Source of the DNA: Candidatus Methylomirabilota bacterium
GTDB lineage: Bacteria; Methylomirabilota; Methylomirabilia; Rokubacteriales; CSP1-6
Assembly: GCA_046726415.1 (NCBI GenBank)
Contig: JBKPAK010000156.1
Location: forward strand, 25,335 to 89,334
DNA length: 64,000 nucleotides
Direction of reading: 5' to 3'
Numbering within the stretch: the stretch's first letter is position 1; each line of letters begins with the position of its first letter. Both the position numbers and the translations under genes were made by a program. Below the pieces are notes generated by a model. It was not told the origin of the DNA, did no database searches, and saw only the letters and a list, made by a program, of their open reading frames with translations. Shown here piece after piece: positions 22,499 to 32,366 of this stretch.

Positions 22499-23839
22499 CT
22501 ACCTCTGTGCCTGCGAGGCATCCGCAGGAGTTTCCGCGATCGTAGCACCCGGCACCCCTCGGATGTCATCCGGTTGTGAATTCCCCACCGCGTATCGGGG
22601 GCGCAGTCGCCGCGCGAGCCACCAGCCCAGCCCCAGGACTATCGGAGTGATCTCGACAAGGCGCGCCCACATCGGGATTGTCCATGGCTGATAGAGAAAG
22701 AATGCATAGGCGACCGCCACGGTGCCGGTGAACGCGGTCCACCAGACCGACGGCGTCACCGCCAGGAATGGCACCAGCCACAGCGCGTACCAGGGGAAGA
22801 CGTTGGGACTCAGGACCACGAGGCCGCCGATCAGCGGCACTGCACGACTGACCACAGTGACGGACACGCCCCACAGGGCGACGAGGCCGACCCACGCCGC
22901 CATGGCGACAAGGGACGCCACCGGCAGATCGACGATCGAACGCACCAGTCCGGGATTGAAGTACTCCTCGGTGACGTAGCGCGGCAGGGAACCAAGCGCC
23001 TGTCGACCGATGCCGACGTACGGCGCATAGCCGAGCGCGATGACCATGGTGAACGGCACCACCACCCGCAACCCGCCCTGCCGCACGAGCAGAGGCAGAA
23101 GGGCGGCGGGGTAGAGCTTGACCAGCGCTCCGAGGGCCAGGATCACGGCCGCCAGACCGTGGCGATGCTTGACAGCCGCGAGCGCGGTCGCGATGACCGC
23201 GGCGACGGCGAGCGCGTCGAGATGCGCGCTCCCCCACACTTCCACGAGAACGAGAGGATTCCACGCATAGATTGCCGTGCGCGCCAGGGGCAGCCCGAGC
23301 ACGCGCAGTAGGACCACGAGCAGGACGAGCCCGACGATCTCGGCGGCGCCGAGCACCACCTTGACGGCCAGGACGCTGTCAGGCGCCACCGCGTACACAG
23401 CGCGAAAGAACACCTGCGCCGCCGGCGGATAGATGGTCAGCCACGTCGGGTGATTCAAGCGCGGATAGATAGCTGCGTCGCGCAGCCGCGCGACCTCGGG
23501 CGAGACCGGCGGATGAGCGTAGGGACTGATCCCCGCGGCGGCGACCCGGGCGTCCCAGACATAGCGATAGGCGTCGGTGGAAAGCGTCGGCGGCGCCGGC
23601 AGCAGCGCGAACCGGCACACCGCCGCCACGACCAGGACGACCACGAATGCCCGGGCATCGTGGACCTCGCGCAAGGCGAGGAGGCCGGCCGCGTAGGCAA
23701 CGAAGGCCAGCCCGAAGAGGGTGAGAAAGGCGGCCGGCGCCTCCGCGAGGTTCGGTACGGTGGCGAAGCCGGCGCACGCCGCGATCAGAGCGACGGCCGC
23801 CACCACGACGACGAGGAGTCTCGACCGAATCATCCCCAT
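22499..23839 (-). CDS. Multi-pass membrane glycosyltransferase (GT87/DUF2029-like)
   Basis: LSTDAYRYVWD, TIYPP, YAWNPL, AHLD, PWYALW. Confidence 0.75.
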   Translation of the reverse strand: MGMIRSRLLVVVVAAVALIAACAGFATVPNLAEAPAAFLTLFGLAFVAYAAGLLALREVHDARAFVVVLVVAAVCRFALLPAPPTLSTDAYRYVWDARVAAAGISPYAHPPVSPEVARLRDAAIYPRLNHPTWLTIYPPAAQVFFRAVYAVAPDSVLAVKVVLGAAEIVGLVLLVVLLRVLGLPLARTAIYAWNPLVLVEVWGSAHLDALAVAAVIATALAAVKHRHGLAAVILALGALVKLYPAALLPLLVRQGGLRVVVPFTMVIALGYAPYVGIGRQALGSLPRYVTEEYFNPGLVRSIVDLPVASLVAMAAWVGLVALWGVSVTVVSRAVPLIGGLVVLSPNVFPWYALWLVPFLAVTPSVWWTAFTGTVAVAYAFFLYQPWTIPMWARLVEITPIVLGLGWWLARRLRPRYAVGNSQPDDIRGVPGATIAETPADASQAQR

Positions 23840-24094
23840 TCGGATACTGACGCCGGCCTCGGTGGCTCCCTGCCGCCGCTTCGAGAGGGGACAGCGGGCG
23901 CGTCGGCGTCGGGCGCAACGGACGAGATCGTGATGACGGGAATGGCGAACCGGTCGGCCCGCATGCCCCCTACGCTAGCAAATCGTGTGGCCGTGCACGA
24001 TCAGATGCCGAAGGTTCGTCGGGGGCACATAGCCCCTCCCATCGTTCGACCACGCCTCAAGGCACGCCGTCATTCCGCCCGCGGGGTGCCAAGC

Positions 24095-24790
24095 CTAGTG
24101 AATCCTCCGGATCGTGATCTGGGCGACAGGGTTGCGCCAGTCTCGCGCGCTGGCGTCGAAGTCGCCGATGCCGTGGATTCCGGCATGGATGTGGACGTAC
24201 CTCTCCTCGCCGCCGGCGGGCTGCCCGCCTCCGCCCGCCCCGCCGCACTCGGTGAAGTTCGGACCGGGGATGCTGGCACACAACTCGTCGTTCCGCTCGC
24301 TGCCCGCGTCGTAAGCCGGGGAGAAGTACGTCAGCACTTCGCTCCCCCGCGGCGCCCGTACGCCGTTGAGGGCGAAGAAGCCGTCGTTGGTGGGGATCAG
24401 CATCGCGGCAACGCTGATGTGATCAACACCGAAACCGGCGCCCACGAGGATCGTCTTCGACTGACCCGGCCCCACGAAGCCGGCCGGCGGATCACCGGAA
24501 TCAACGACGTCGCGCACTCCGCGCGTGGCCAGGAGCAGCGCGGCCAGCGGGCCGGTGACGCCTTCCTCGGCGAGGGTGGCCAGCTCCACACTGGCCGGCG
24601 CGCCCAGCGTGAACAGCGTCACGCCCTCGCGGTGGCTGGCCACCAGGACAGGCGTGAAGGTCTGGCCCCGGGTCAGGTTCGTCACCCTCACCTCGAACCG
24701 TCCACCGAAGTCCAGGGCCGAAACTTTATGCGTCGGGATGAGCCCACTCACCAGGATCAGACCAGCAGCGACCGACCATATGTGCCTCAT
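24095..24790 (-). CDS. Secreted spondin_N-domain protein
   Basis: Signal peptide; NLTRGQTFTP, LAEEG, MLIPTNDGF, YDAGSERNDE, VHIHAGI. Confidence 0.8.
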   Translation of the reverse strand: MRHIWSVAAGLILVSGLIPTHKVSALDFGGRFEVRVTNLTRGQTFTPVLVASHREGVTLFTLGAPASVELATLAEEGVTGPLAALLLATRGVRDVVDSGDPPAGFVGPGQSKTILVGAGFGVDHISVAAMLIPTNDGFFALNGVRAPRGSEVLTYFSPAYDAGSERNDELCASIPGPNFTECGGAGGGGQPAGGEERYVHIHAGIHGIGDFDASARDWRNPVAQITIRRIH

Positions 24791-24907
24791 GTGATCCTCC
24801 TCGGGTTCTCGAATGTGCGGATTGACCGCGAGGTGGATCTACCATTTCAGTACGAGGTAGGTGTCAAAACGCTGTGACGCAGATGTCAAATCTTGTGGTG
24901 GGAAGAA

Positions 24908-24963
24908 CGGATCAGCGGGTTGACGCTCACGGCCGAGGTCATCTGGAACCCGCTGACCCTCTG
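24908..24963 (-). repeat. Degenerate 56-bp copy of the soxZ-like domain at 27013-27068
   Basis: 52/56 identity by manual alignment. Confidence 0.8.
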
Positions 24964-25041
24964 CCGATCGTCGATCTCTTTGCCGGGCGCTGGCGCCGGC
25001 TGACGCCCGTGGGGCGCCAGCCGCGGCAAGACGCAAGCGCC

Positions 25042-26070
25042 CTATTCGAGCTTGCGGTAGTGCAGGCGCACCAGCTGGGCCGGGCTCTTGTCAGTCTGGA
25101 TGAGACCTGCGTCCATCCGGTCCTTGAACGCCCGCTCCAGATTCTCCGCCACGTCCACCTTGCGATCGAAACCGAGGGCGGCCGCGGAACTGGCGGCGGC
25201 CTGGACGGGCAGAGCGGCAGGGTAGTAGCCGCCCGCTTGCGTCGTGATCACCGCCCGTGCCGGATTCTCGGCGACCCACTGCTTGGCCCGCCGGAATGCA
25301 CGGACGATGGCCGCCGCCTTGTCCGGGTGACGGTCGACGATCTCGCGCTTGATGCCGAAGAAGCAGCAGTACTCCCGGTTGTACGGCGCCTGGTATGTCT
25401 GCGAGAACAGCACTTTGGCAATCTTCCTCTCGCTCAGGATGACCTGCTGGGGCTCGGTCACGCCGACCGCGTCGAACTTGCGCGCCTTGAACCCCTCCGC
25501 CACGTAGTCCCCGATTCGGGGCAGGGCGTCCCACGGCATCGGCCTCAGCGTGACATCCTTCGTCGGATCGACGCCGGAGGTCTTGAGCTCGGTGTTGACG
25601 AAGGTGAGGCCCTGCACGACGCGGAAGGGGGCAACCCACCACGGATTCATCTCGACCGTTTTGCCCTTGAGATCCGCCGCTGACGCGAGCGTGGAATCGA
25701 TCGGGACCATCACGTCCATGCAGCCGAAGTTCATCCCCTCGACGATGTAGTGCCCGATCTTGCCGGCCGCCATGTGATGGAGTTGGTCGACGTCAATGAA
25801 CCCGAAGTCCGCCTCGGTCAGCCCCTTCTCCGTCTTGACGTAGAGGAAATTCGTCTTGCCCTGCTCGACCGCGCCTCGGGTGTCGACGGGGAGGCCCTGA
25901 ACCGTCAACCCCTCCTCGGCGAAGAAGCCCTTCACGAGGGCCGCGTACAGCGGCAGCATTCAGGTACCCGCGCCATACCCCAGGGTGTATTTCTCCTGCG
26001 CGGATGCCGGGGCCATCCCCGCAGAGATGGCCAGGACGAGGAGTGTCGCGCAAACGCCCAACTGCTTCAT
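25042..26070 (-). CDS. ABC transporter substrate-binding protein (SsuA/NMT1 type), predicted selenoprotein (U37, TGA 25960-25962)
   Basis: GGAG plus ATG 26070 overlapping upstream stop; signal peptide MKQLGVCATLLVLAISAGMAPASAQ; YGAGT-TGA-MLPLYAALVKGFFAEEGL in frame; later GC and YCC; hairpin at 25927-25941. Confidence 0.8.
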
Positions 26071-26828
26071 GGCCGACTCCTTGACTGAAGGAGCTTGGTC
26101 ACTGCGGTGTGAGTGGCCAGGTCGTCCCAGTCACGCGCTCCGGTCTCGCGGACCACGACGTCGCCGCCACGGTCAATCAGATACGTGGTCGGCAAGCCAA
26201 GCACTCGGTAGGCACTTGCCGTGGACCACTCGGGGTCGAGCACGATGGGGAACGTCACCTTCACCTCCTTCAGGAACGCCTCCACCCCCGCCGTGGACAA
26301 CACGTCGAGGTTGATGGCGACCACCTCGAGGCCTTGATCCTTGTGGCGCTGGTACAGTCGCTCGATCGCGGGCATCTCGGTGCGGCAAGGAATGCACCAA
26401 GTCGCCCAGAAGTTCAGGACAACCGCCTTGCCCCGCTGGCCCGACAGGCTGAGGGCCACGCCGTCCAGCGAGCGGAGAGTGAAGTCAGGAGCCGGAAACC
26501 GCGCCGGTCCCACCGCGGGCGGGCTCCCCATGCGCTCCAGGGCGACGATCAGCCACTCGGGGCCACGCGATTGGAGGGTGAATCGAACGACATCGCCCGG
26601 CTGCAGATCCCCGAGCAGGCTCGGCCGCTCTAAGCGAAACGCCATGCGCATGGCCGGCATGACGCCGCGGATCGGCCCATGATCGAGGGTGATGCTCCCG
26701 CTCGAACCGTCGACGGCCACGACGGTCCCTTCTCCCTGGGCACTGGGCTCGGCGCTGGCAAGACCCGGCCGGGCAAGCAACAGGACGACAAGCACGAGGG
26801 CCGCGAGCAAGACCCGATCCCTGGGCAT
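26067..26828 (-). CDS. CusF-like metal-binding domain fused to TlpA thiol-disulfide oxidoreductase
   Basis: ITLDHGPIRGVMPAMRMAF; NFWATWCIPCRTEMP. Confidence 0.85.
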   Translation of the reverse strand: MPRDRVLLAALVLVVLLLARPGLASAEPSAQGEGTVVAVDGSSGSITLDHGPIRGVMPAMRMAFRLERPSLLGDLQPGDVVRFTLQSRGPEWLIVALERMGSPPAVGPARFPAPDFTLRSLDGVALSLSGQRGKAVVLNFWATWCIPCRTEMPAIERLYQRHKDQGLEVVAINLDVLSTAGVEAFLKEVKVTFPIVLDPEWSTASAYRVLGLPTTYLIDRGGDVVVRETGARDWDDLATHTAVTKLLQSRSRP

Positions 26829-26915
26829 GAATATCCCTCCCGAGGGGCCGACCGGATCATCGATCGACGGCGCCGGATTGTCAACCGGACCAACCCAACG
26901 CCCCGCGGAATCAGA

Positions 26916-27662
26916 TCACAGCCGGATCTGGTGCGAGGCCTCCCAGCGCTGTCCTTCGTTGTTGATGAACACGACGCGCAACGTGCCGCCGCGCGTGACC
27001 CGGAGGGGAAATCGGATCAGGGGATTGGCGCTCACGGCCGAGGTCATCTGGAACTCGCTGACCCTCTGGTCATCGAAGAAGACTAACGTCTGCTTCACGA
27101 AGAACTCCGGCGCCTCGCGGACATGCTTGCCGCCCTTCAGGATCAGCCCCGTGTAGGAGTTGTGGTCGACTTTGGCGCGCACCTGCACGATCTCGCCCGG
27201 CCTGATCGATTCCGGAAAGCGGATCCGAGGGTTGCCGAGACGGTCGCGGCTCATGTCCGGGGGACCGGCGCACCCGCCTTCCGTCACCCTGATCTCTTTG
27301 GTCGCGATGAAGCGCCCGTGTCGCGAGCATTCGGCCGTGACCTTGAGAACACCGCCAGCCCCGGAGCGCATATGAAACGCGACCCCAGCCTGTCCGTTGG
27401 CGGGCGTGAAGAGATACGTGCCCTTGTTCGGGACTGGATCGTTGTCCAGCCTGATCTCGATCGATCGGATGAAGTGGTCGGGCTCCATCGGGTGGTTGAC
27501 CGAGACTTGGAGGGGCACGGCCCCCGGATCTTCCGCCAGGGTCGGCGCGTCGATCACGGCACGATGCTCGCGCTCCAGAGCCGGCTGGGCGCGCGGGCGA
27601 CCTGGTGCCAGGAGCGTGAGAGCTCCCCCGAGGAGCAACACGCGGCGGGAGCGATCCATCAC
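26916..27662 (-). CDS. Tat-exported SoxY-SoxZ fusion-like sulfur carrier
   Basis: SRRVLL Tat-like leader; APTLAEDPGAVP; internal EGGC; SoxZ-like HNSYTGL, AVSANPLIRF. Confidence 0.75.
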   Translation of the reverse strand: MMDRSRRVLLLGGALTLLAPGRPRAQPALEREHRAVIDAPTLAEDPGAVPLQVSVNHPMEPDHFIRSIEIRLDNDPVPNKGTYLFTPANGQAGVAFHMRSGAGGVLKVTAECSRHGRFIATKEIRVTEGGCAGPPDMSRDRLGNPRIRFPESIRPGEIVQVRAKVDHNSYTGLILKGGKHVREAPEFFVKQTLVFFDDQRVSEFQMTSAVSANPLIRFPLRVTRGGTLRVVFINNEGQRWEASHQIRL

Positions 27663-27789
27663 ACGCTCATTATCGCAAAGACGATCAACGGGTTCGATGT
27701 CGAGCCGGGGGGCCTTGCCCGCCTGAGCACCTCCATCGCCGAGGCAAGGGACTGGCGTCTACGATCTCCTCGGTCGGGGTGTCGCGCAG

Positions 27790-28371
27790 TCAGTCCAGGG
27801 CGGCCAGCGTCACCTTGACAACGTCTTCGAGGACGGCGCGATCGGGCGATGTCTTGGCCATGACGGAGAGCCCCTGAGCACTGTTGGTCAAGAACCGCGC
27901 CAGGGCCCGCGGATTGCGCGTGGGGTCGATCTCGCCCGCCTTCTGGGCGCGGACCACCGCGCGATGGAAGGCGGTCTCGATCTTCGCCAGCACCGCGCCC
28001 ACCCTGCTGGCCGTCCCCCGATCGCGCGAGGCCAACTCCGCGGTCGAATTCGTCACCAGGCAGCCGCGAGGGCGTCCAGGCTCCAAGGCCAGGTCGACCT
28101 TGAGCCGGAAGAACCGGCGGATGGCGCCCTTCCCCGACCCCTGGCCCTCCAGAGTTGCCAGCAGCTTGGCGGTGACCACGCGGTCGTAGTGGTCGATGGC
28201 CGCGAAGAAGAGCGCCCGCTTGTCCCCGAACGTGTCGTAGAGACTGCCGCGCTGAATGCCCATCCGCGCCACGAGGTGCTCGATCGACGTAGCCTCGTAC
28301 CCTCGGGACCAGAAGACCTGCATGGCCCGGTCGAGGACCACGTCGCGATCGAACTCCTTGGGGCGACCCAC
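27790..28371 (-). CDS. TetR/AcrR family regulator (NemR/ComR-like)
   Basis: GRPKEFDRD...FWSRGYEATS...GSLYDTFGDKRALF; RGCLVTN. Confidence 0.9.
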   Translation of the reverse strand: MGRPKEFDRDVVLDRAMQVFWSRGYEATSIEHLVARMGIQRGSLYDTFGDKRALFFAAIDHYDRVVTAKLLATLEGQGSGKGAIRRFFRLKVDLALEPGRPRGCLVTNSTAELASRDRGTASRVGAVLAKIETAFHRAVVRAQKAGEIDPTRNPRALARFLTNSAQGLSVMAKTSPDRAVLEDVVKVTLAALD

Positions 28372-28392
28372 GCCCCATCGAGTACCAGTTTC

Positions 28393-28410
28393 GGAACGGT
28401 CGGTCAAGAA
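28393..28410 (-). promoter_or_regulatory. Putative TetR operator over -35 of tetR (TTCTTGACCGACCGTTCC)
   Basis: 16/18 match to the site at 28546-28563 on the opposite strand. Confidence 0.6.
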
Positions 28411-28545
28411 AATGTGATACGGTCCGCCCGTTCGCGCGCCCGCGATGGCCACCACCGCCGGCCGGGGGGAGGTTCACCGATCATCCGATCAGCACGATGG
28501 TCGTGATCTGCGCGATTCTGCGTCGCGCGCTGGGCTGAGGCGCCA

Positions 28546-28578
28546 TTCTTGATCGATCGTTCCAGATCATGCTATGGT
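28546..28578 (+). promoter_or_regulatory. Putative sigma70 promoter (TTGATC-N18-TATGGT) with overlapping TetR operator
   Basis: TTCTTGATCGATCGTTCC repeat; lies upstream of the Prx/OsmC/PrdB-like genes. Confidence 0.6.
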
Positions 28579-28657
28579 ACGTCGGCGCGCGGCCAGCTCC
28601 GCGACCGGAACGGAGCGCCGCAACCGACGCTCGGCGTCGGGCCGAAAGGAGCCCCCG

Positions 28658-28825
28658 ATGGCCTCACGGGTACAGTCCGTGGAACTCGTCTTCGCCCGCG
28701 GCATCTTCAACTGGGGCAACAAGTTCAACATCGCGATGCGCCTGGACACCGACGGCGCCGCATACCCGCGCGGGATGCAGTACCAAGACGCCCTCACGTT
28801 CTGGCGGCAAGCCCCAGCGGCGTAG
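28658..28825 (+). CDS. Small hypothetical protein (55 aa)
   Basis: AAGGAG RBS, GC3-rich codons, first gene after the promoter. Confidence 0.5.
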   Translation: MASRVQSVELVFARGIFNWGNKFNIAMRLDTDGAAYPRGMQYQDALTFWRQAPAA

Positions 28826-28848
28826 ATCCACTCACCCGGGAGGGTTCA

Positions 28849-29511
28849 ATGGCACTTCAGGAAAAGCTCGACGCGATGCGGGAAATGTCCAAGACGCGGA
28901 TCCCCCCTGAAGCCCGGGCGGTCATGGAGCGCAGCATCGCCGACCTCCGGGCCTCCGGGATCATGAACCGGGTCGCCCGGGTCGGGCAAACCGCTCCGCC
29001 CTTCACGCTGCCCAACGCCGACGGGCAGTCGGTCAGCCTGACGGAATTGACGGCCCGCGGCCCGGTCGTGCTGTCGTTCTACCGCGGCCGCTGGTGACCG
29101 TACTGCAACGCAGAGCTGGAGGCTCTGCAGCAGACCCTGCCCGAGATCACCGCCGCCGGCGCCACCCTCGCCGTCATCTCGCCCCAGGTGGCGCGCACGC
29201 CCCGCGAGACGGAGGAGCCCAAGCCGCTGTCGTTCGAGCTCCTGCGCGACTTCGGCAATAAGGTCGCCGAGGCGTATGGCCTGGTCTTCACCTTGCCCGA
29301 CGACCTGCGCGCGATCTACCTCAAGTTCGGCATCGACCTGGCCCTGGGTAACGGTGATGGCACCTGGCGGCTCCCCGTCCCCGCCCGGTTCGTGATCGAT
29401 GGCCAGGGCATCATCCGCGATGTCGACGCCGACCCCGACTACACCCGGCGCTCAGAGCCGGCCCGGACCGTGGAGATCCTCCGCGGCCTGCCTGGAAAGG
29501 AGCGAGCATGA
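28849..29511 (+). CDS. AhpC/TSA peroxiredoxin-like protein, predicted selenoprotein (UxxC, TGA 29095-29097)
   Basis: FYRGRW-TGA-PYCNAELEAL continuing in frame to LPVPARFVID...DYTRRSEP; hairpin at 29110-29128. Confidence 0.9.
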
Positions 29512-30032
29512 GCACCGTGCCCGATGGGCTGAACCCCAACATCCAGACCCGCGAGATCGTGTTCGATGCCGACGTCAACCTGGTCACGCCGTTTCTCAAG
29601 CTCGCCACGGTCAGCCGGGGCGGCGCCGGCCACATGACCTTCGCCTCCGACGAGGGACCCACCCTCGGCGGGCTGGGCTCGGCGCCCACGCCCCTCATGT
29701 ACTTCAGTGCCGCCCTCGCGTTCTGACTCATGACCCAGGTGTCCCGGTACGGGCACATGCTGAAGGTCACGGTGAACGGGATGCGGATGCGGGTGACGGC
29801 GCGCTACCGGGTCGACGGCTCGGTACTGAACGACACCATCCAGGGCCAGATGCTGGGCGCCGAGACCACCTTGGAGATCGACTCGCCGGACCCCCCGGAG
29901 CGCGTGGCCCGGGTCGTGCGCAACGCCGAGCGCGGCTGCTTCGTCATGCAGGCGCTCCAGAAGCCGGTGCCGGTCACCGGCCGCACCTTGCTGAACGGTG
30001 CGCCCCTGGAGGCGGCCACCGCTGTACCCTGA
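29508..30032 (+). CDS. OsmC/Ohr-like protein, predicted selenoprotein (U73, TGA 29724-29726)
   Basis: SDEGPTLGGLGSAPTP...AALAF-TGA-LMTQ...AERGCFV; both OsmC Cys positions accounted for; hairpin at 29739-29756. Confidence 0.9.
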
Positions 30033-30101
30033 GCGCGTCGGGCGCCGGCCAGGCGGAGGCCTTCCCGCAGCGCGCAATCGTGGAACCTCGAGGAGGAGAG
30101 T

Positions 30102-30630
30102 GTGGCGGGATTGACCGACCGTGCGGAATGGGACCAGCGGCGACACCTGGACAAGATCCACCCTCTTCCAGATTTCGGCCCGACCCCGTTCGTGCCCGGC
30201 CCCCCGCTCGGAGAGCGGCGGGTCGCCATTGTTACCACCGCCGGAATTCACCCGCGCGGCGTCCGCCCGTTCGAGGTGGGCTCGACGGATTACCGAGTCA
30301 TTCCCGGCGACACGCCGCCCGGCAATCTGGTGATGAGCCATACCTCGGTCAATTTCGACCGCACGGGCTTCCAGGAGGACGTGAACGTCGTCTTTCCCCT
30401 CGAACGACTGCGCGAGCTGCACAAGGACGGCGTGGTGGGCGCGATCGCCGGTCTCCACTATTCATTCATGGGCGCCTCGCCCATCCAGGCCTTAGAGCCG
30501 AATGCGCGTAAGCTGGCCGGCCTGATGAAAAACGAGGGGGTCGACGCGGTTCTCCTCGTTCCCGTCTGACCGAACTGCACGTGTGCCGTCGGCGCACTCG
30601 GGCACTTCATCGAACGAGAGGGTGTGCCGT
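30102..30630 (+). pseudogene. GrdB/PrdB-like reductase selenoprotein B (UxxC, TGA 30567-30569), C-terminally truncated
   Basis: RVAIVTTAG, DVNVVFPLERL, HYSFMG, DAVLLVPV-TGA-PNC...GHFIEREGVP; family-like sequence stops at about 30630; hairpin at 30581-30597. Confidence 0.75.
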
Positions 30631-31511
30631 CATGCTCGCCCTCGCCACTGTCCTGTTCGCCCCCATGCTGGCCTCTGGCGAGGCCTTCGGCCGCCCGGTG
30701 GCCGGCGCGGTCGCGCCAGCCAGCCTGTCGGTGCTGGTTGGCGCCTTCGTGTTCGCGATCGGGATGCAGCTCGGCGGGGGCTGCGGGTCAGGCACGCTCT
30801 ACCACGTGGGCGTGGGGAGCAGCAGGCTCGTTCTGACGCTGCTCTTCTTCGTGGTGGGCGCAGTGCTCGCCACCTTCCACATGCCCTTCTGGACGGCGCT
30901 GCCCTCGCTCGGAGAGATCTCGCTTGGGGAGCGCCTCGGCTCGGGAACCGCCGTCGCCCTCCGGCTCGCCGTCTGTGGACTCCTGGCCGTCGCGACACTG
31001 TGGGTGGATCGGCGGCGCGGGCTGCCGGCTTCACCGAGGACGTCCGCCCCGCCCGGTGGATGGTGGCGCATCCTTCAGGGCCCATGGTCGCTGGTGGCTG
31101 GAGGTGTCCTGCTCGCCCTGCTCAACCTCCTCACGCTTCTGGTCGCCGGTCACCCCTGGACGATCACGTGGGCGTTCGCCCTGTGGGGCGGAAAGGCCCT
31201 AGCCCTGAGCGGGTACGATCTCTCGGCGATTCCGTTCTGGACGGAGCCATTCCAGCAGCACGCGCTGGCCGCCCCGGTGCTCGCTGACGCAACCTCGGTC
31301 ATGGACATCGGTCTCGTGCTCGGCGCCTTCCTCGGGGGCGGACTGGCCGGCCGCGTCGCGCCCAAACCCCGCGTGCCGCTCTCCCGCCTGGCCGCCTCGG
31401 TCGTCGGAGGGCTGATTCCACGAGCCTCCATGGCTGGTTCTGGGGTGTAGCCGCTCTCGTGGGGACGCCCATCGGCGTGCACCTGCGCCGTCGCTTTGGC
31501 CTCGACGATTG
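30630..31511 (+). pseudogene. YeeE/YedE sulfur-compound transporter, N-terminus missing and internal deletion near 31416
   Basis: GMQLGGGCGSGTLY present; second GC motif absent; tail SLHGWFW...RFGLDD lies in a shifted frame. Confidence 0.7.
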
Positions 31512-31620
31512 ACATGGAGATGGCGGCGTTCCGGCGCTCTTCGGGCCGTCGGCGGGAATTGACGGACCGGTCGGCGGGTTATTCCTGGCAGGAGAAGTTC
31601 GCGCTGGCAGGAGGAGAATC

Positions 31621-31878
31621 ATGCTGCAACGGCTCGTGCTCATCATCTCGGTATCGCTCGCCGCGGCCGTGCTCGTCGTCGCGCCGGGTGTCTGGCGGCC
31701 GAGCCGTGCGCCGGAACTGACAGACCCTCAGATGGTGGCGACGCCCGTAATCCTCGGGTGCATCCCGTTGCCCGCGGGCGCGGCCGGGGAGGAGCAACCG
31801 CAATCGCAAGGCGAGAGCTGCCTCGAACGCACGCATGCCGACTTCCGGACCGATCGAATCGCCATCCTCGAGTGCTGA
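31621..31878 (+). CDS. Small membrane-anchored hypothetical protein
   Basis: AGGAGA RBS, N-terminal hydrophobic helix, 3 Cys. Confidence 0.5.
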   Translation: MLQRLVLIISVSLAAAVLVVAPGVWRPSRAPELTDPQMVATPVILGCIPLPAGAAGEEQPQSQGESCLERTHADFRTDRIAILEC

Positions 31879-31889
31879 CGGTGCTGCCG

Positions 31890-32366
31890 CTACCGGGCGG
31901 CGAGCGCGGTATCTACGATGGCCTTGAAGATCGGATCCAGCTCGCGCCCGATGGCCTGGACCTCGAGATGTGCGTACCGGCCAAACACGACGGAGGGCGG
32001 GGCGTAGGTCACGGTGGCGGTCCCGTCCGCGTTCTCGTACGCGTAGATGCGGATCGGTGGCTCGAACCCCGCCGCGGGATCGGCCGAGAGCAAGCGGACC
32101 GCGTAGTCGTTGCGGAACACCGTGAAGACCTGGTTCCCGAGGAAGGAGACGCCGCGCGCGGCGGCGCCCTTCTGGGCGTTGGCGTGACAGACGAGCGCCA
32201 TGTTCTGGTCAGTGATCGCCTGCTCGATGGCTCCGGTCACGCGGGCGAACGGTGCGCGCGAAACGCTGGTCACGCGGCCGTCCTGCGCGAGCACGGGACC
32301 CGGGGAAGCGACGAACACGGCGGCGCGAAGGCGATCAGGCGAACGAGCACGCTGTCCTCCTCTCAA
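31890..32366 (-). CDS. DUF302-domain protein
   Basis: VFRNDYAVRLLSADPAAGFEPPIRIYAYE...TYAPPS; start uncertain. Confidence 0.7.
   Translation of the reverse strand: MRGGQRARSPDRLRAAVFVASPGPVLAQDGRVTSVSRAPFARVTGAIEQAITDQNMALVCHANAQKGAAARGVSFLGNQVFTVFRNDYAVRLLSADPAAGFEPPIRIYAYENADGTATVTYAPPSVVFGRYAHLEVQAIGRELDPIFKAIVDTALAAR

Noticed and set aside
31873-31890. C-TGA-RCC read-through at the end of the 31621 ORF
   Set aside because: The extension runs antisense through the DUF302 gene and there is no family evidence. An ordinary stop is more likely.
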